Position numbers and translations under genes: made by a program
The notes under the pieces: model-generated
The model's database searches: none
Told to the model about the DNA's origin: nothing
Seen by the model: the letters and a program-made list of their open reading frames with translations, nothing else
In this document: positions 52,416 to 63,925 of the stretch, piece after piece
Numbering within the stretch: the first letter of the stretch is position 1
Layout: every line of letters begins with the position of its first letter
Origin: Octopus bimaculoides
Lineage: Eukaryota
DNA length: 64,000 bases
Assembly (NCBI RefSeq): GCF_001194135.2
Contig: NC_069001.1
Coordinates: 36,700,351-36,764,350, forward strand
Direction: 5' to 3'

Positions 52416-52866
52416 AACCTGTGCAATAGATATATGAACAGGGCAAATTTAACCATTTCTCTGTAAATTGAAAAAAAATGATGATCAATTTTCAGGACTT
52501 ATTGAGATCTCATCAGGTGTTTACATCACTTGACCAATCCCAGAGAAACAAGTAGCCAATCTCTGTATACACAACAAATCTATTGGCTTCAGAGAACTGG
52601 TGTGATCAATTTGAATGCTATTGATATTGAACACTTTATCTTTAACATCAGGCACCAGTCAGTGGGGTCCTCAGTCCACACAGTACCGAGATACTGTGTA
52701 ATAAATGTAATCTATACAAGAGATATATAAACGGGGTCAATTTATCTGTTTCTCCATAGATTGAAAAAGAAAGATGGACAGCCTTAATTGATTAATGAAC
52801 CATTATTAGGTTCTCTGTATTGTTCTTATATGTTTGTTCTCTATGAGTATTTATTTTCTGTTTCAG

Positions 52867-52941
52867 ACGCTGAAGTTCCTGAGTTGTTACCTATCGGCTA
52901 CCTTGTCGGGGACACAATGCAAATCGGTATTTGTCTTAAAG
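52867..52941 (+). CDS. NAV: Neuron navigator exon (AEVPELLPIGYLVGDTMQIGICLK)
   Basis: tttcag| acceptor, G|gtaaac donor, 75 nt, phase 1 to 1; PELLP.GYLVG motif. Confidence 0.92.
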
Positions 52942-53193
52942 GTAAACTATCAACAAACATCTGTGTAAATTTTGAGGGCTTTTGTGACAAGTGCAAACAT
53001 GGTGGTGTGGTTGCAAAGCTTGACCAGTACCTTCTGAACAGAATTTGGTAAATGGAATTTGTGCAGGAGCCCATCATGGATGTCTCTGCCATTATCACAT
53101 GGAACCATATTGCCAGAAGGTGTCACCGTTGTGATGATATTTGGTGACAAACGTCTGGTGAAATGTAAAGCTTCTTGAAATAAATTTGGTACA

Positions 53194-53237
<44 letters not shown>

Positions 53238-53829
53238 ATTTCTGTGAATGATATAGATATGAGAGTAGGAACGAAGTGTATGTGTGTGTGTGTATAAATG
53301 TAAAACAATTTTTTTTTTTTTTTAAAGCATCGAAATGTGTATTGTATGATACAAATAAGATTTCCCTTCCAATGCAGAGCTGCCACTAGAACAGCATTTC
53401 ATTTCCAAATCTCCAGTCGAGTGAATTGCATCACAGATGGTGTCCACCTGACCCTACTATACTGTGTAGTCATCAAAATCAAAAACAAACAATGTGCCTT
53501 CGCAAAATTTAAAAATATAAAATGGTGACAATTTATCCATTGCACCCTGTATATATGTACGTGTGTGTGTGTGCATATATATATAAATAAAATATACAAT
53601 GGGCTTCTTTCATTTTCCATCTACCAAATCCACTCATAAGTTTCTGCTCAGTTCAGGGCTACAGTGAAAAATACATGCCTTATGTGCCATGCAGTGAGAT
53701 TGAAACTGGAATCCACATAGTTGGAAACCAAAACTCTTAACCACACAGCCAAATCCAACTTTTACAAATATTTCAAACCGTCCAAATATTTCTATGGCAT
53801 TAAAAATCTGGTCTTGCTTTTACTTTCAG

Positions 53830-54001
53830 GTACCAAACAGAACAGTGTTGATTCGCTGGCATTTGAAACCCAAATCCCCAAATCAATTATTCAGCGGTAC
53901 GTTTCACTGCTTTTAGAACACCGAAGGATCATACTGTGTGGACCAAGTGGAACAGGTAAAACCTACCTGGCGCAGAAATTAGCTGAACACTTAGTACTAA
54001 G
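53830..54001 (+). CDS. NAV: Neuron navigator exon with AAA+ Walker A (GPSGTGKT, 53940-53963)
   Basis: GTKQNSVDSLAFETQIPKSIIQRYVSLLLEHRRIILCGPSGTGKTYLAQKLAEHLVLR; 172 nt, phase 1 to 2; AG|gtaaga donor. Confidence 0.97.
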
Positions 54002-54026
54002 GTAAGACTGATTGGCTTTTTATGTA

Positions 54027-54465
54027 CAGGGGTGGGCAAAAGCAGGTAAACAGTTGCCTTATATGAGTGGAATGTTCTTTCCATTTCTCTAGTTCTTGTT
54101 TTAGGATAGGAATTCTATGTTCTTTTTAACTTGTTCTTTCTGTAATACGAAGCAAATAATTCATGAGAAAATATTTGCAAAGATGCCATTGACTCTATTA
54201 TTATCTAGTGTAACAATTTAAAAATGATAATAACGGAATCAACAATATAGGTGATTGCAGGCCCCCAAAAAAGCATTAAATAGCTGAAGGATTAAAATTA
54301 ATCAAAGGACGTACTAAGTTTGTCTAGCTGAAGAGTTTTGACTGTTATTTCCAGCAGGTAGACATACTTAATATGTCCTTTAATTAATTTTAATTCTTTC
54401 TGTAATAAAATAATCATTCTGAATAATAACTATTAAAACTGCATATCTACTTTTGTCCACCCCTG
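54027..54465. mobile_element. Tc1/mariner-type MITE (439 bp)
   Basis: TA|CAGGGGTGGGCAAAAG ... CTTTTGTCCACCCCTG|TA: 16-bp TIR with 1 mismatch; starts 25 bp after a NAV donor. Confidence 0.85.
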
Positions 54466-54875
54466 TATATTGTGATATATCTGTGTCTCCTGGTATTGTT
54501 CAGTTTTATTCCTAGTTTCCTTTTCTGTGCTAGCATGGGTTAGATGAATATATTGTTGAGGCATCACCAGATGCCGTGTAATATACAGACACCATTCCTG
54601 GGTTTGTAGACTTGCAAGCTACATGGTGACCTAATGCCAACCACTCTGAGGAGTGGTTGGCATTAGGAAGAGCTGTAGAAATCAAGCCAAAATTGTCACT
54701 GGAACATGATGCGGTCCTTCAACTCATTGGGCCCTTATCAAACCATCCAGTCCATACCAGTATGGAACATGGACGTATGAGGAGGAGGAGATGGACGGAT
54801 GGCTTGTTTTAGTTTATTTCTCTCTTTTTTATTATCTTTCAATGTGTTTTGTTTTGTTTTATGTTTTTCTTTTAG

Positions 54876-55091
54876 GTCTGGGCGAGAACTTACTGCAGGG
54901 TCAGTGGCAACATTTAACGTTGACCATAAGTCTGGAAAAGAACTTCGCCAGTACCTGTCAAACATTGCAGAGCAGTGTGAGAGTACGAGTGCCGGAGAAC
55001 TACCTAGTGTTATTATATTGGACAATTTACACCATGTTGGCTCTTTGGGGGAAGTCTTCAATGGCTTTCTGAGTGTCAAATACCAAAAGTG
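54876..55091 (+). CDS. NAV: Neuron navigator exon with Walker B-equivalent VIILDNLHH
   Basis: SGRELTAGSVATFNVDHKSGKELRQYLSNIAEQC..LPSVIILDNLHHVGSLGEVFNGFL; 216 nt, phase 2 to 2; TG|gtgagt donor. Confidence 0.96.
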
Positions 55092-55775
55092 GTGAGTATA
55101 TCATTTTCTTTGATAGGATTCTAACCATTTCAATATTAACCTGCCTGAAACTGTCCTTGGTTCTATGATACAAGTACCGTAAAAACCCATGTAATTTGCA
55201 CACCTGTGTAATTTATACAGGTGATTTTCAGGATAGAATTTGTTAAAAAAAAAAGCTTCTACCCATGTAAAATTCACACAGAAAAGTTTTCAGAATTGCC
55301 AATATGGCCAGGGGGAAACGGTTTTTGATTTAGTTGTATTTAGCATAATTTCACTTATGATTAGATTTTATTAAATTTTCATTAAATAAAAATAATTTCT
55401 GTTTAACAGGTATCACATTAAAAGCTACGAAATTACAGAGTAATAAAAGGGTTTCAGTGATTTAAATTAAAACTTTCCATCAAAATTTGATGTTAATTTA
55501 CGCTTCAAACACCAACTTAGTAATGATAAAGTCATTTTACTAATTCTTTATAGTTTTCAAAATTAAATGGAACAAAGGCCATATATTTCAGCAGAAGTAT
55601 GGTAACAAAAGAGTTAAAGTGTTCTAAATTAAAACCTTCCATCAAAATTTTATGTTCCAAACACCAATTCAATAATGACAGCTATTTTATTGAATTCTTC
55701 GAAATTACTATAAATTATTGACCACTGTTCCATATTTGTTTTTACAAATTCTTGTCCTTTTTTATTTCTTTGCAG

Positions 55776-55847
55776 CCCTTACATAATAGGAACGATGAAC
55801 CAAGCTACTGGACTAACCACCAACCTGCAACTACACCATAACTTCAG
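55776..55847 (+). CDS. NAV: Neuron navigator exon (CPYIIGTMNQATGLTTNLQLHHNFR)
   Basis: ttgcag| acceptor, AG|gtgagt donor, 72 nt, phase 2 to 2. Confidence 0.96.
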
Positions 55848-55894
55848 GTGAGTTTCCTGCCAAGGAATGTTTAGCACTTCCTTTATCTGTTGCG

Positions 55895-56245
55895 AAAATG
55901 CCTGGCCAAACGGTTAAGGTGTTGGGCTCACAATCATAATGTCATGGGTTCCAGTTCCCGGACCGAACAGTGTTCTGTGTCTCCTTGCGCCAGACACTTC
56001 ATCTCACAGAGCCCCAAGTCTACTCAGATGTAAATAGGTGCCAGGCAGGCGTTGATGCAGTCCTCTCTCCTTCCTTCCAGCTCAGGTATTTTGGATACCT
56101 GCTGTGGAGCCCACACTATTTGCTGGGTTCACACCAGGGTTCTGGTTTGAAGGTAACTTTGCTCCCACCAGGTTTATCAAAGCACCTGAGAGGTCTCATG
56201 GAAACTGCCCTTTCTCTCTGGCTAGACCATGAAGATAAATAACTA
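55895..56245 (+). mobile_element. Additional tRNA-headed SINE (distinct body)
   Basis: ggccaaacggttaaggtgttgggctcac...gggttccagttccc head followed by a gtgtctccttgcgccagacact core-like segment. Confidence 0.6.
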
Positions 56246-56873
56246 TTTAAGCAAGCACAAGATATTTACTAAAATTCTTAGCTTTCAAGGAGACTCAGTT
56301 CAGGAATTGAACCCACGATTTTATGATCATGAACCCAACACCCTAACCACCAGGCCACGCATCTTCACAGAGGCACAGACGTAGCTGTGTGACTAAGACG
56401 TTCACTTGGCAACCACGTGATTTCAGGTTCAGTTTCACAGCACAGCAACTTGGGCAAGTATCTTCTGTTGTAGTCCTGAGCCAATCAATGTCTATTGAGT
56501 TAAATTTGGACGGCGGAAATTGTGTGGCAGCCTATCATATATTTATATGTAAGTGTGTGTCCCATCCCAATACTTCACAACCAGTGTTGGTTTGTTTACG
56601 TCCCTGTAAGCTGGTGCTTCAACAAAAGAGACTAACAAAATATGTACTTGAAACTGTTTTTAAAAAAAAAAAATTAGGATCAGTTTGAATAACTGAGCCA
56701 TTTTAGGTTGTGCTCCAGCAAGACTCCATTCCAAAAAAAAGCCATAAAAATTTCACCTAAGTCTACCTTAAATGTTTATTTTTTTTGCTGTTGTTTTCCT
56801 TGATTCTTTTTTTTCTTTATTACTTATTTTATTTTTATTTCATTTTATTTATATATTTTTTTAAACATTGCAG

Positions 56874-57070
56874 ATGGGTTCTTTGTGCCAACCATATGGA
56901 ACCAGTAAAGGGATTCCTTGGTCGTTACCTACGCCGCAAATTGGTAGAAGCCGAGGTACACATGGGTACCCGAAATAATGACCTAAACAAAATCATCGAT
57001 TGGATTCCCAAAGTATGGCAGCATCTTAATAAATTCTTAGAGACCCACAGTTCTTCAGATGTCACCATTG
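56874..57070 (+). CDS. NAV: Neuron navigator exon (RWVLCANHMEPVKGFLGRYLRRKL...WQHLNKFLETHSSSDVTI)
   Basis: ttgcag| acceptor, G|gtaaga donor, 197 nt, phase 2 to 1. Confidence 0.97.
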
Positions 57071-57276
57071 GTAAGAAACTACACATGCATTACATAATAA
57101 ACTGGGGGGGTTGGGGTTGTTGTTATTGGCTTCTAAACAACACATGTATACATTCGTGACCCTTTCTGGTCTCTGCTGCTGAAGAGGAAATAACTACTCG
57201 TATAAAATAATTTTTTTTGTGTTAATCTTAGAATTAAATAGTTTTGATTTACTGTCAGGTAACTTTTGGCCAGCCC

Positions 57277-57335
<59 letters not shown>

Positions 57336-57371
57336 TGTAATCTAACATTTTTCAACATGTCTATATTGTAG

Positions 57372-57490
57372 GCCCCAGGTTGTTCTTATGCTGTCCAATG
57401 GACATCTCAGGATCCCAAGCATGGTTCACAGATTTATGGAATTATTCCATTGTTCCTTACCTATTAGAAGCTGTCAAAGGAGGCTTACAG
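57372..57490 (+). CDS. NAV: Neuron navigator exon (GPRLFLCCPMDISGSQAWFTDLWNYSIVPYLLEAVKGGLQ)
   Basis: ttgtag| acceptor, CAG|gtaatt donor, 119 nt, phase 1 to 0. Confidence 0.97.
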
Positions 57491-57664
57491 GTAATTCTTG
57501 ATCTTTTAAAACATTTCTAACTGCAGTCAGTATGCTAATTAACAGTCTGTTGTTGCTATTATTATTATTAATAATAATGATGTATGATAATTCCATTTCT
57601 CGTTATCTTGTGTACTAAATTTGTATTTAGTCCTTCAAATCAAAAGGTTTTATATTTAAAAAAT

Positions 57665-57720
<56 letters not shown>

Positions 57721-59392
57721 GTGTATATAAACGTGTGTGTGTGTATGAACATAGTTACATATATAATTACACATACTTCTACACATACATGCATATATAG
57801 ATATATAGACACATGCTTATATACACATATGCATACATAGATAGAGATACATAGACAAATACATACATGTGTGCTTTTGGGGTCCCACTGTGTGAATAGT
57901 GGGACCCTGCCAGATGTCTTCTACTACAATCCTAGCAGACCAGTGCCTGCCTTGAGAGGGAATTTGGTGGAGGGAAACCGTGTGAAAACTCTTTGCTTAT
58001 ACTCACCCTTGTGTATATATATATATATACATATGCAATGAGCTTATTGTATATTGTGGTCAGGTGCAGTACAACTCATCAGAAAATAGTAAAAGAGGGG
58101 ACAGAAAGCAGCAATAAGTCAGGTGAAGGAAGCCAGCAGTGATAGCCAAAAGTACATTCTTGGAAGACAGGATTAAACACAAGAATAGAGGAAAGTGAAC
58201 TGTAAAAGTGCCATGAAGAGCCAATGATGAAAGTAGACCATTCTGCTATAGGCACAATGCCTGAAATTTGTGGGGAAGGGCCTGGTCAATTACATCAACC
58301 CCTGTTCTCAACTGGTACTTATTTTATTGACCTAAAAGAATGAAAGGCAAAAGTCAACTGCAGTGGAATTTGAACTCAGAATGCAAAGACTGTGTTATAA
58401 TACCAAATATAGCCATATAACAATAAGCAAAATAATGATCCAATACTCCAATACAGAATCAATAAGGAGAGAGACTAACGGTTTCCCACTTCAACCACAC
58501 AGTTTGACCTCTTCCCACTAGTTCATCAATTTGTAAGACTCATCCAGTCTACTGACACTTCAGTTGCCTCCACAACAGACTGATGAAATGACACTAAGCT
58601 TTTTGTCTGGCTAATGATTCTACCAGCTCAAGTCCAAAGATTGATAATGTGATACACAGTGACTGTCAAGTTAGATGCTTACCAAAAACATTTGGTGAGA
58701 GGAAGGTACATAGCTTTGTCTGTCCTTCAGCCTGGATGGATTAAAGCTGAAGAACAAGCTGACACTCCCAGCTCACTTCATGGTTGAGTGGTTTTTGTGG
58801 TAGGAAAAGACATCCAGCTGGAAAAACAAATGCTCCAACAACTAACACCATTGTGCCTGTGAATGGGTGTAAAAATGGATGTAAAAGACTGGGAACCAAA
58901 ACAAACTGATAAGAATAATAATAATGATGATGATAATAGAGTACTTGTAGTTATAATAATAATGATAATAAGAATTTCTTGTTTCCTGTAAGGAAAAGGT
59001 GGAGTCTTAAGGGTTTTTTTATCAGAAATATTTAAATATGGTTAGACTTGTAATATGAGGAAAAATAGATTTTTGAAATTTAGAATAGAAATATGAATAA
59101 TGTTCTTTTAAAACAATAAAATTTTCTTAGTCTAATTTTTGGTAAGTATATAACTGATAATTTGATTAACATGCAAATATGTGATTGATTGATTAATTAT
59201 TTCAGTTGTTTATTTATGTTGTTTTTGTTTCATCTAAAACAAAATTTTCTCAAATGTCAAATTTTCAAAATGACTCATTTGTTTTTGTTTATTGTTTTTA
59301 AAACCAAAAAAAAAACTTTAATTTTTTACCAATTTGTCATCTAGTTTAATTAGTAGTTTAGTCTGTTTCCTTCACTAATTGTTCTCCCTTAG

Positions 59393-59449
59393 ATCCCACC
59401 TGAAAAGCTAGATCGAAACCCTTTCAAAACACCATCCTTGTGCGATTGA
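59393..59449 (+). CDS. NAV: Candidate alternative terminal coding exon of NAV (IPPEKLDRNPFKTPSLCD*)
   Basis: cactaat branch-like motif, gttctcccttag| acceptor; the longest open frame is phase 0, matching the upstream donor. No homology support. Confidence 0.4.
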   Translation: MPPEKLDRNPFKTPSLCD

Positions 59450-59701
59450 TTCCTAGCATCTTCAGTAGCTTAGTCGTGTCTATTTTTTGTCTCCCGTTGT
59501 TGTGGCACATCCCCTACCCTTATAAAATTTCTTGTACTCTTCTATCGTCATTGTATCTACCCTGCAGTGATTAGTTTTTTTGTTTTTTTTTCCCATTTTG
59601 TTTTTGTCACTTTTTCCTTACTTCCTGGACAGCTAAAAGCAATATTTACTCACATAATTATTATCATTATTATTATTATTATTATCATTATTATCTTCAT
59701 T

Positions 59702-59912
59702 TAAGGTGGTGAGCTGGCAGAATCGTTAACACGCCAGGCAAAATCCTTAGCGTCATTTCATCCATCTTTACGTTCTGGGTTCAAATTCCATCATGGTCAA
59801 CTTTGCCTTTCATCCTTTTAGGGTCGATAAATTGGCAGTGAAACACTGGGGTCAATGTAATTGACTAGTAGCCACCCCTAAAATTCCAGGCCTTGTAACT
59901 TTTGTAGAAAGG

Positions 59913-59943
<31 letters not shown>

Positions 59944-60148
59944 GGATGAGCTGGCAGAATTGTTAGCACACCAGGCAAAATCACTAATAGCATTTTGTCA
60001 TCCTGAGTTCAAATTCCGCTGAGGTTGACTTTGCCTTTCATCCTCTCGGGGTCAACGAAATAAGTACCAGTTGAGTACTGGGGTTGATGTAATCAATTTA
60101 CCCCCTCCGCTGAACTTGCTAGCCTTGTGCCAAAATTTGAAAATATCA

Positions 60149-60179
<31 letters not shown>

Positions 60180-60425
60180 TATTACTACTGCTACTACTAC
60201 TACTACTACTACTTGCCAGACTCATTAGCAAGTCAAACAAAATGCTTTGTGGCCCTTCTTCCGGCTTTACATCCTGAGTTCAAATTCCACCCAAGTCAAT
60301 TTTGTTTTTCATCCTTTTGGTGTTGATAAAATAAGTATGTATTGAACCCTGGTGGGTCAATATAATCAACTAACCCCCAGCCCCAAAATTTCAGGTCTTG
60401 TGCCTATAGTAGAGGGATTATTATC
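59702..60425 (+). mobile_element. Three head-to-tail family A SINEs
   Basis: About 59702-59915, 59943-60147 and 60212-60425 with (ATT)n/(ACT)n spacers. Confidence 0.85.
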
Positions 60426-61580
60426 ATTAGGGCAGTATTTCTTCTGGTTCTTGTGTGAGAAAAGGACTTAACATAGTTTTAGACAAGTGCCCCACGTGTA
60501 TACACACAAAAGCAAAAGTCAGGATGGTCACAACTGGAATACCTCTGATCATAAGTCTGCTCATCATGCGTATGTGTGTGTGTGTTAGCTATGGCAGTTA
60601 AGGCCATTCTGGAGTTTTGCCCTGAAGGAAATTTTGTTGTCTATGAAAGGAAATCATGTGCTGATGTTTGAGACACACACACACACACTCTCTCTCTCTC
60701 TCTCTCTTTCACACACACACACACACACACTCTCTCTCTCTCTCTCTCTCTTTCACACACACACACACACACACACATATGCTCTTAAGCAGAGTAGCAT
60801 GTTGTCTATACCAATTCTATGCAGATTCTGTATCTGTTCATAGCATCTCCTTAAACCCTCATCTTTCGGCTCACAGTAATCAACATAAATTATATTTTAT
60901 TTTTAGGGGGCTTGAATTCCATCTCCCTGCTATTTAATTAACATTCCCAACTCCTTATATCTTTTCCCTTCCCCTCACTCTTGTATGAAAAAAAACCCCA
61001 GTTAAAAAGAGAAATCTACCTCATAAAAATATTAATCAAAATAACAATTTAATTCCACTCAGCATGCAATTAAAAAAAAAAAAAGTTACAACAAAACAAA
61101 GAAATGCTTGCTGCAATCAATAACTTGTTAGAGATTACTTATGAAATACCATCTTAACGAATGGTACTTCAAACTATTTAACCTGTACTCAGCTCTATTA
61201 ATAACGACTTCTCGTTTCCTCGTTTTATCTTTGCGTCATTTCATTTAATCCCTGCTTATACCTAAAATAAATTTCTTCAGCCTATGTGTGGCTGTTCATC
61301 GTTAACGATCCACTTAACACAAACGATTTACGTCCTACTTACGCTAACGAGAGATAACAACAGACTGGTGTGTGTGTGTGTAAGGTAGCGAGCTGGCAGA
61401 AGCGTAAGCACACCAGACAAACTACTTAGCAGCATTTCCATTGTCTTTATGTTCTGGGTTCAAATCCCACCCAGGTCAACTTTGCCCTTCATCCTTTGGG
61501 AGTCAATTAAATAAATACCAGTCATGTACTGGGGTTGATGTAATTGACTCCCCACCATCAATTATATAAACATTTGTGTA

Positions 61581-61621
<41 letters not shown>

Positions 61622-62043
61622 TGTGCTGGTGGCACGTAAAAAGCACCCATCACACTCATGGAATGGTTGGTGTTAGGAAGGGCATCTGGCTGTAGAAACC
61701 TTGCCAGATCAGATTGGGGCCTGGTGCAGCCTCCTGACTTTCCAGTCCTCTGTCAAACCGTCCGACCCATGCCAGCATGGAAAGCAGGCATTAAACGATG
61801 ATGATATAAAGACACACACATACATGTGTATGTAATTGCTAAATAGAGACTAAAAGAAGCTCATTGTGTGTATGTATGTATGCGTGTGTGTGTGTCTGTG
61901 ATTGTGTGGATAAGGAATTCATTTCCTAACCATGTGATTTCATGTTCAGTCCCACTGTGTGGTACCTTGGGCAAGTAACTTCTACACTCCTGGCCAATAA
62001 AAGCCTTTGTGAATAGGTTTGGTAGATGAAAACTAAAAGAAGT

Positions 62044-62079
<36 letters not shown>

Positions 62080-62082
<3 letters not shown>

Positions 62083-62332
62083 TGTTTTTCAACCAAGGTC
62101 CATATGGCCCTTGGAGGGCCCATATAAGATTTTGTTATTAAAATTTATCTGCAATAAATTGGTTATACGTCTACAATACAAAAGAAAATTTAACAGTTCT
62201 TTTTAATACAATTCCTTATAATAATTATAAAAATATAATAGGGGTTTTTAAACATCAAATGGCTATTAGGGTCCACTCACATAAAGTAGAAATCAAAGGG
62301 GTCCAGAGGTAGGAAATATTTAAGAACCACTG
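62080..62332. mobile_element. hAT (Charlie-like) MITE, same family as 8529-8787
   Basis: cagtgtttttcaacc ... taagaaccactg termini and a shared interior (tataagattttgtt.ttaaaatttat...aataaattgg). Confidence 0.75.
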
Positions 62333-62822
62333 GTATGTGCTTGTGTGTGTGTGTGTGTGTATGCTTTTTTCTTGACACCACATGATAGTTGTAAATGAGT
62401 GTCACCACCATACAAGCAGTGTTGTTCCTTTTCAATTTTTCCTGAAAGCATGTCTGGCCTTGAGGAAATATCACCTTGCTTGGAAACAGGTGAGGGTTGG
62501 TGACAGGAAAGGGCATCCAGCTGTAGAAAAGTCTGTCTCAGTGAATTCCATCTCAACCCGTGAGAATATACCATTAACCAGTGGTCATTCTGTTGTGGGC
62601 ATCCAGTTTGCCACCACAACCACTAACACCGTCTCCCTTTCTGCTCTTCATCTTTAATGAAGACATTTCACCTGCAGATGGTTCTTCCAGTTGTGTACTC
62701 CTTCACACCTCCAGTCTCACCTGCCTGGGAGGGTCTGCAAAAATCCTAGATAAGACCCTTTCTCTTCACTAATTCATTTAAAAATAACATCCCATATCAT
62801 AATTACATATGTGTGTATGTAT

Positions 62823-62858
<36 letters not shown>

Positions 62859-63242
62859 GTGTGTGTGTATGTATATATATGTATGTAATTATATGTATGT
62901 ATATATATGTGCATATATATATATATAGCTTTTTGTAAAAATAAATATGATACTCTTCTTAAAGGTGTTGAATAATCCTTCAACTAATATTTGAGTGCTT
63001 TGTGTGTGTGTGTGTGTGTGTGAATGATTAATATGTGCACATGTAATTAATTAAGCCCCTTCTGCTATCTCAACTTTCTCAATTCCCTTCACCCTTCCCA
63101 CCATAAAAAAATACTTTTCTCGTTATTTATTATATTAAATAAAATAAAATTACTTCTATAAATAGCATATTAAAAGCTACAAAATAAATTTTATCTCAAT
63201 TAATCAATTAATTAGCTAATTTCTATAACTCCATCAAGTTAT

Positions 63243-63530
63243 GAAGGTGCCTGGGCTTAGTGGTTAAGATGTTGAGCTCGCAAGCAGCTTGTTGTGGGTT
63301 CAATTCCTAGGCTGGGTGGGATGTTGTGTCCTTGAGCAAGGCATTTCAATTCATGTTGCTCTTGTTTGTTCAGCTGAAGATAAATACCAGTGCTACGCTG
63401 GGGATAACTCTGCAACAGGCTGATATCCCATTTGGGGAGTGGCAGGGAGGGCTCTTGTTCTGTCTGTCTTCTAATCACATTAGAAATGCAAATAAACTCT
63501 AAGTTCATGGGCCCTTACTCTCTAGCATTT
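63243..63530 (+). mobile_element. Family B-like SINE with another tail type
   Basis: gaaggtgcctgggcttagtggttaag...gggttcaattcc head and gttgtgtccttgagcaaggca core. Confidence 0.75.
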
Positions 63531-63624
63531 AAACTGGCCATATCAAGGCTAATTATCCTACTGGTTTTATGTTCTGGGGACAGAACAAACATTCCATAGT
63601 GTTTATGATTGGGATTTTATAGCA

Positions 63625-63925
63625 TTTAGGGCACATTTTTGGTGTTTAGGGCACATTTTTGGTGTTTAGGGTTGTCATTTAATGGTGTTTAAGGCAAGCA
63701 TTTAGTAGTGTTTATGGGTGATACCTGATAATGTTTAGAGTAATTATTTCATCGGGTTTAGCTCTTGTTATGTAGTGTTTAGAGTTATTTGTTCATGTTT
63801 TTTTACTGTTTTCTTTTGTGTTTAAGGCAAATATTTTGTAGTGTTTAAGACAAAGATTTGGTCGTGTTCAATGCTATCATTTCATAGTTTTTAGATACTA
63901 TCCTTTGATAGTGTTTAGATCTTAT
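63625..63925. repeat. Degenerate 20-21-bp minisatellite anchored on GTGTTTA(G/A)
   Basis: tttagggcacatttttggtg twice, then about ten decaying units. Confidence 0.75.

Noticed and set aside
53822-54882. AG|GT at the starts of exons 53830 and 54876 as recursive sites
   Set aside because: The GT is required coding sequence (Gly; Arg-Ser), and GTACCA/GTCTGG are poor donors.
55009-55035. Walker B reading DN rather than DE as a novelty
   Set aside because: IILDNLHH is the normal state in NAV2/NAV3-type proteins.
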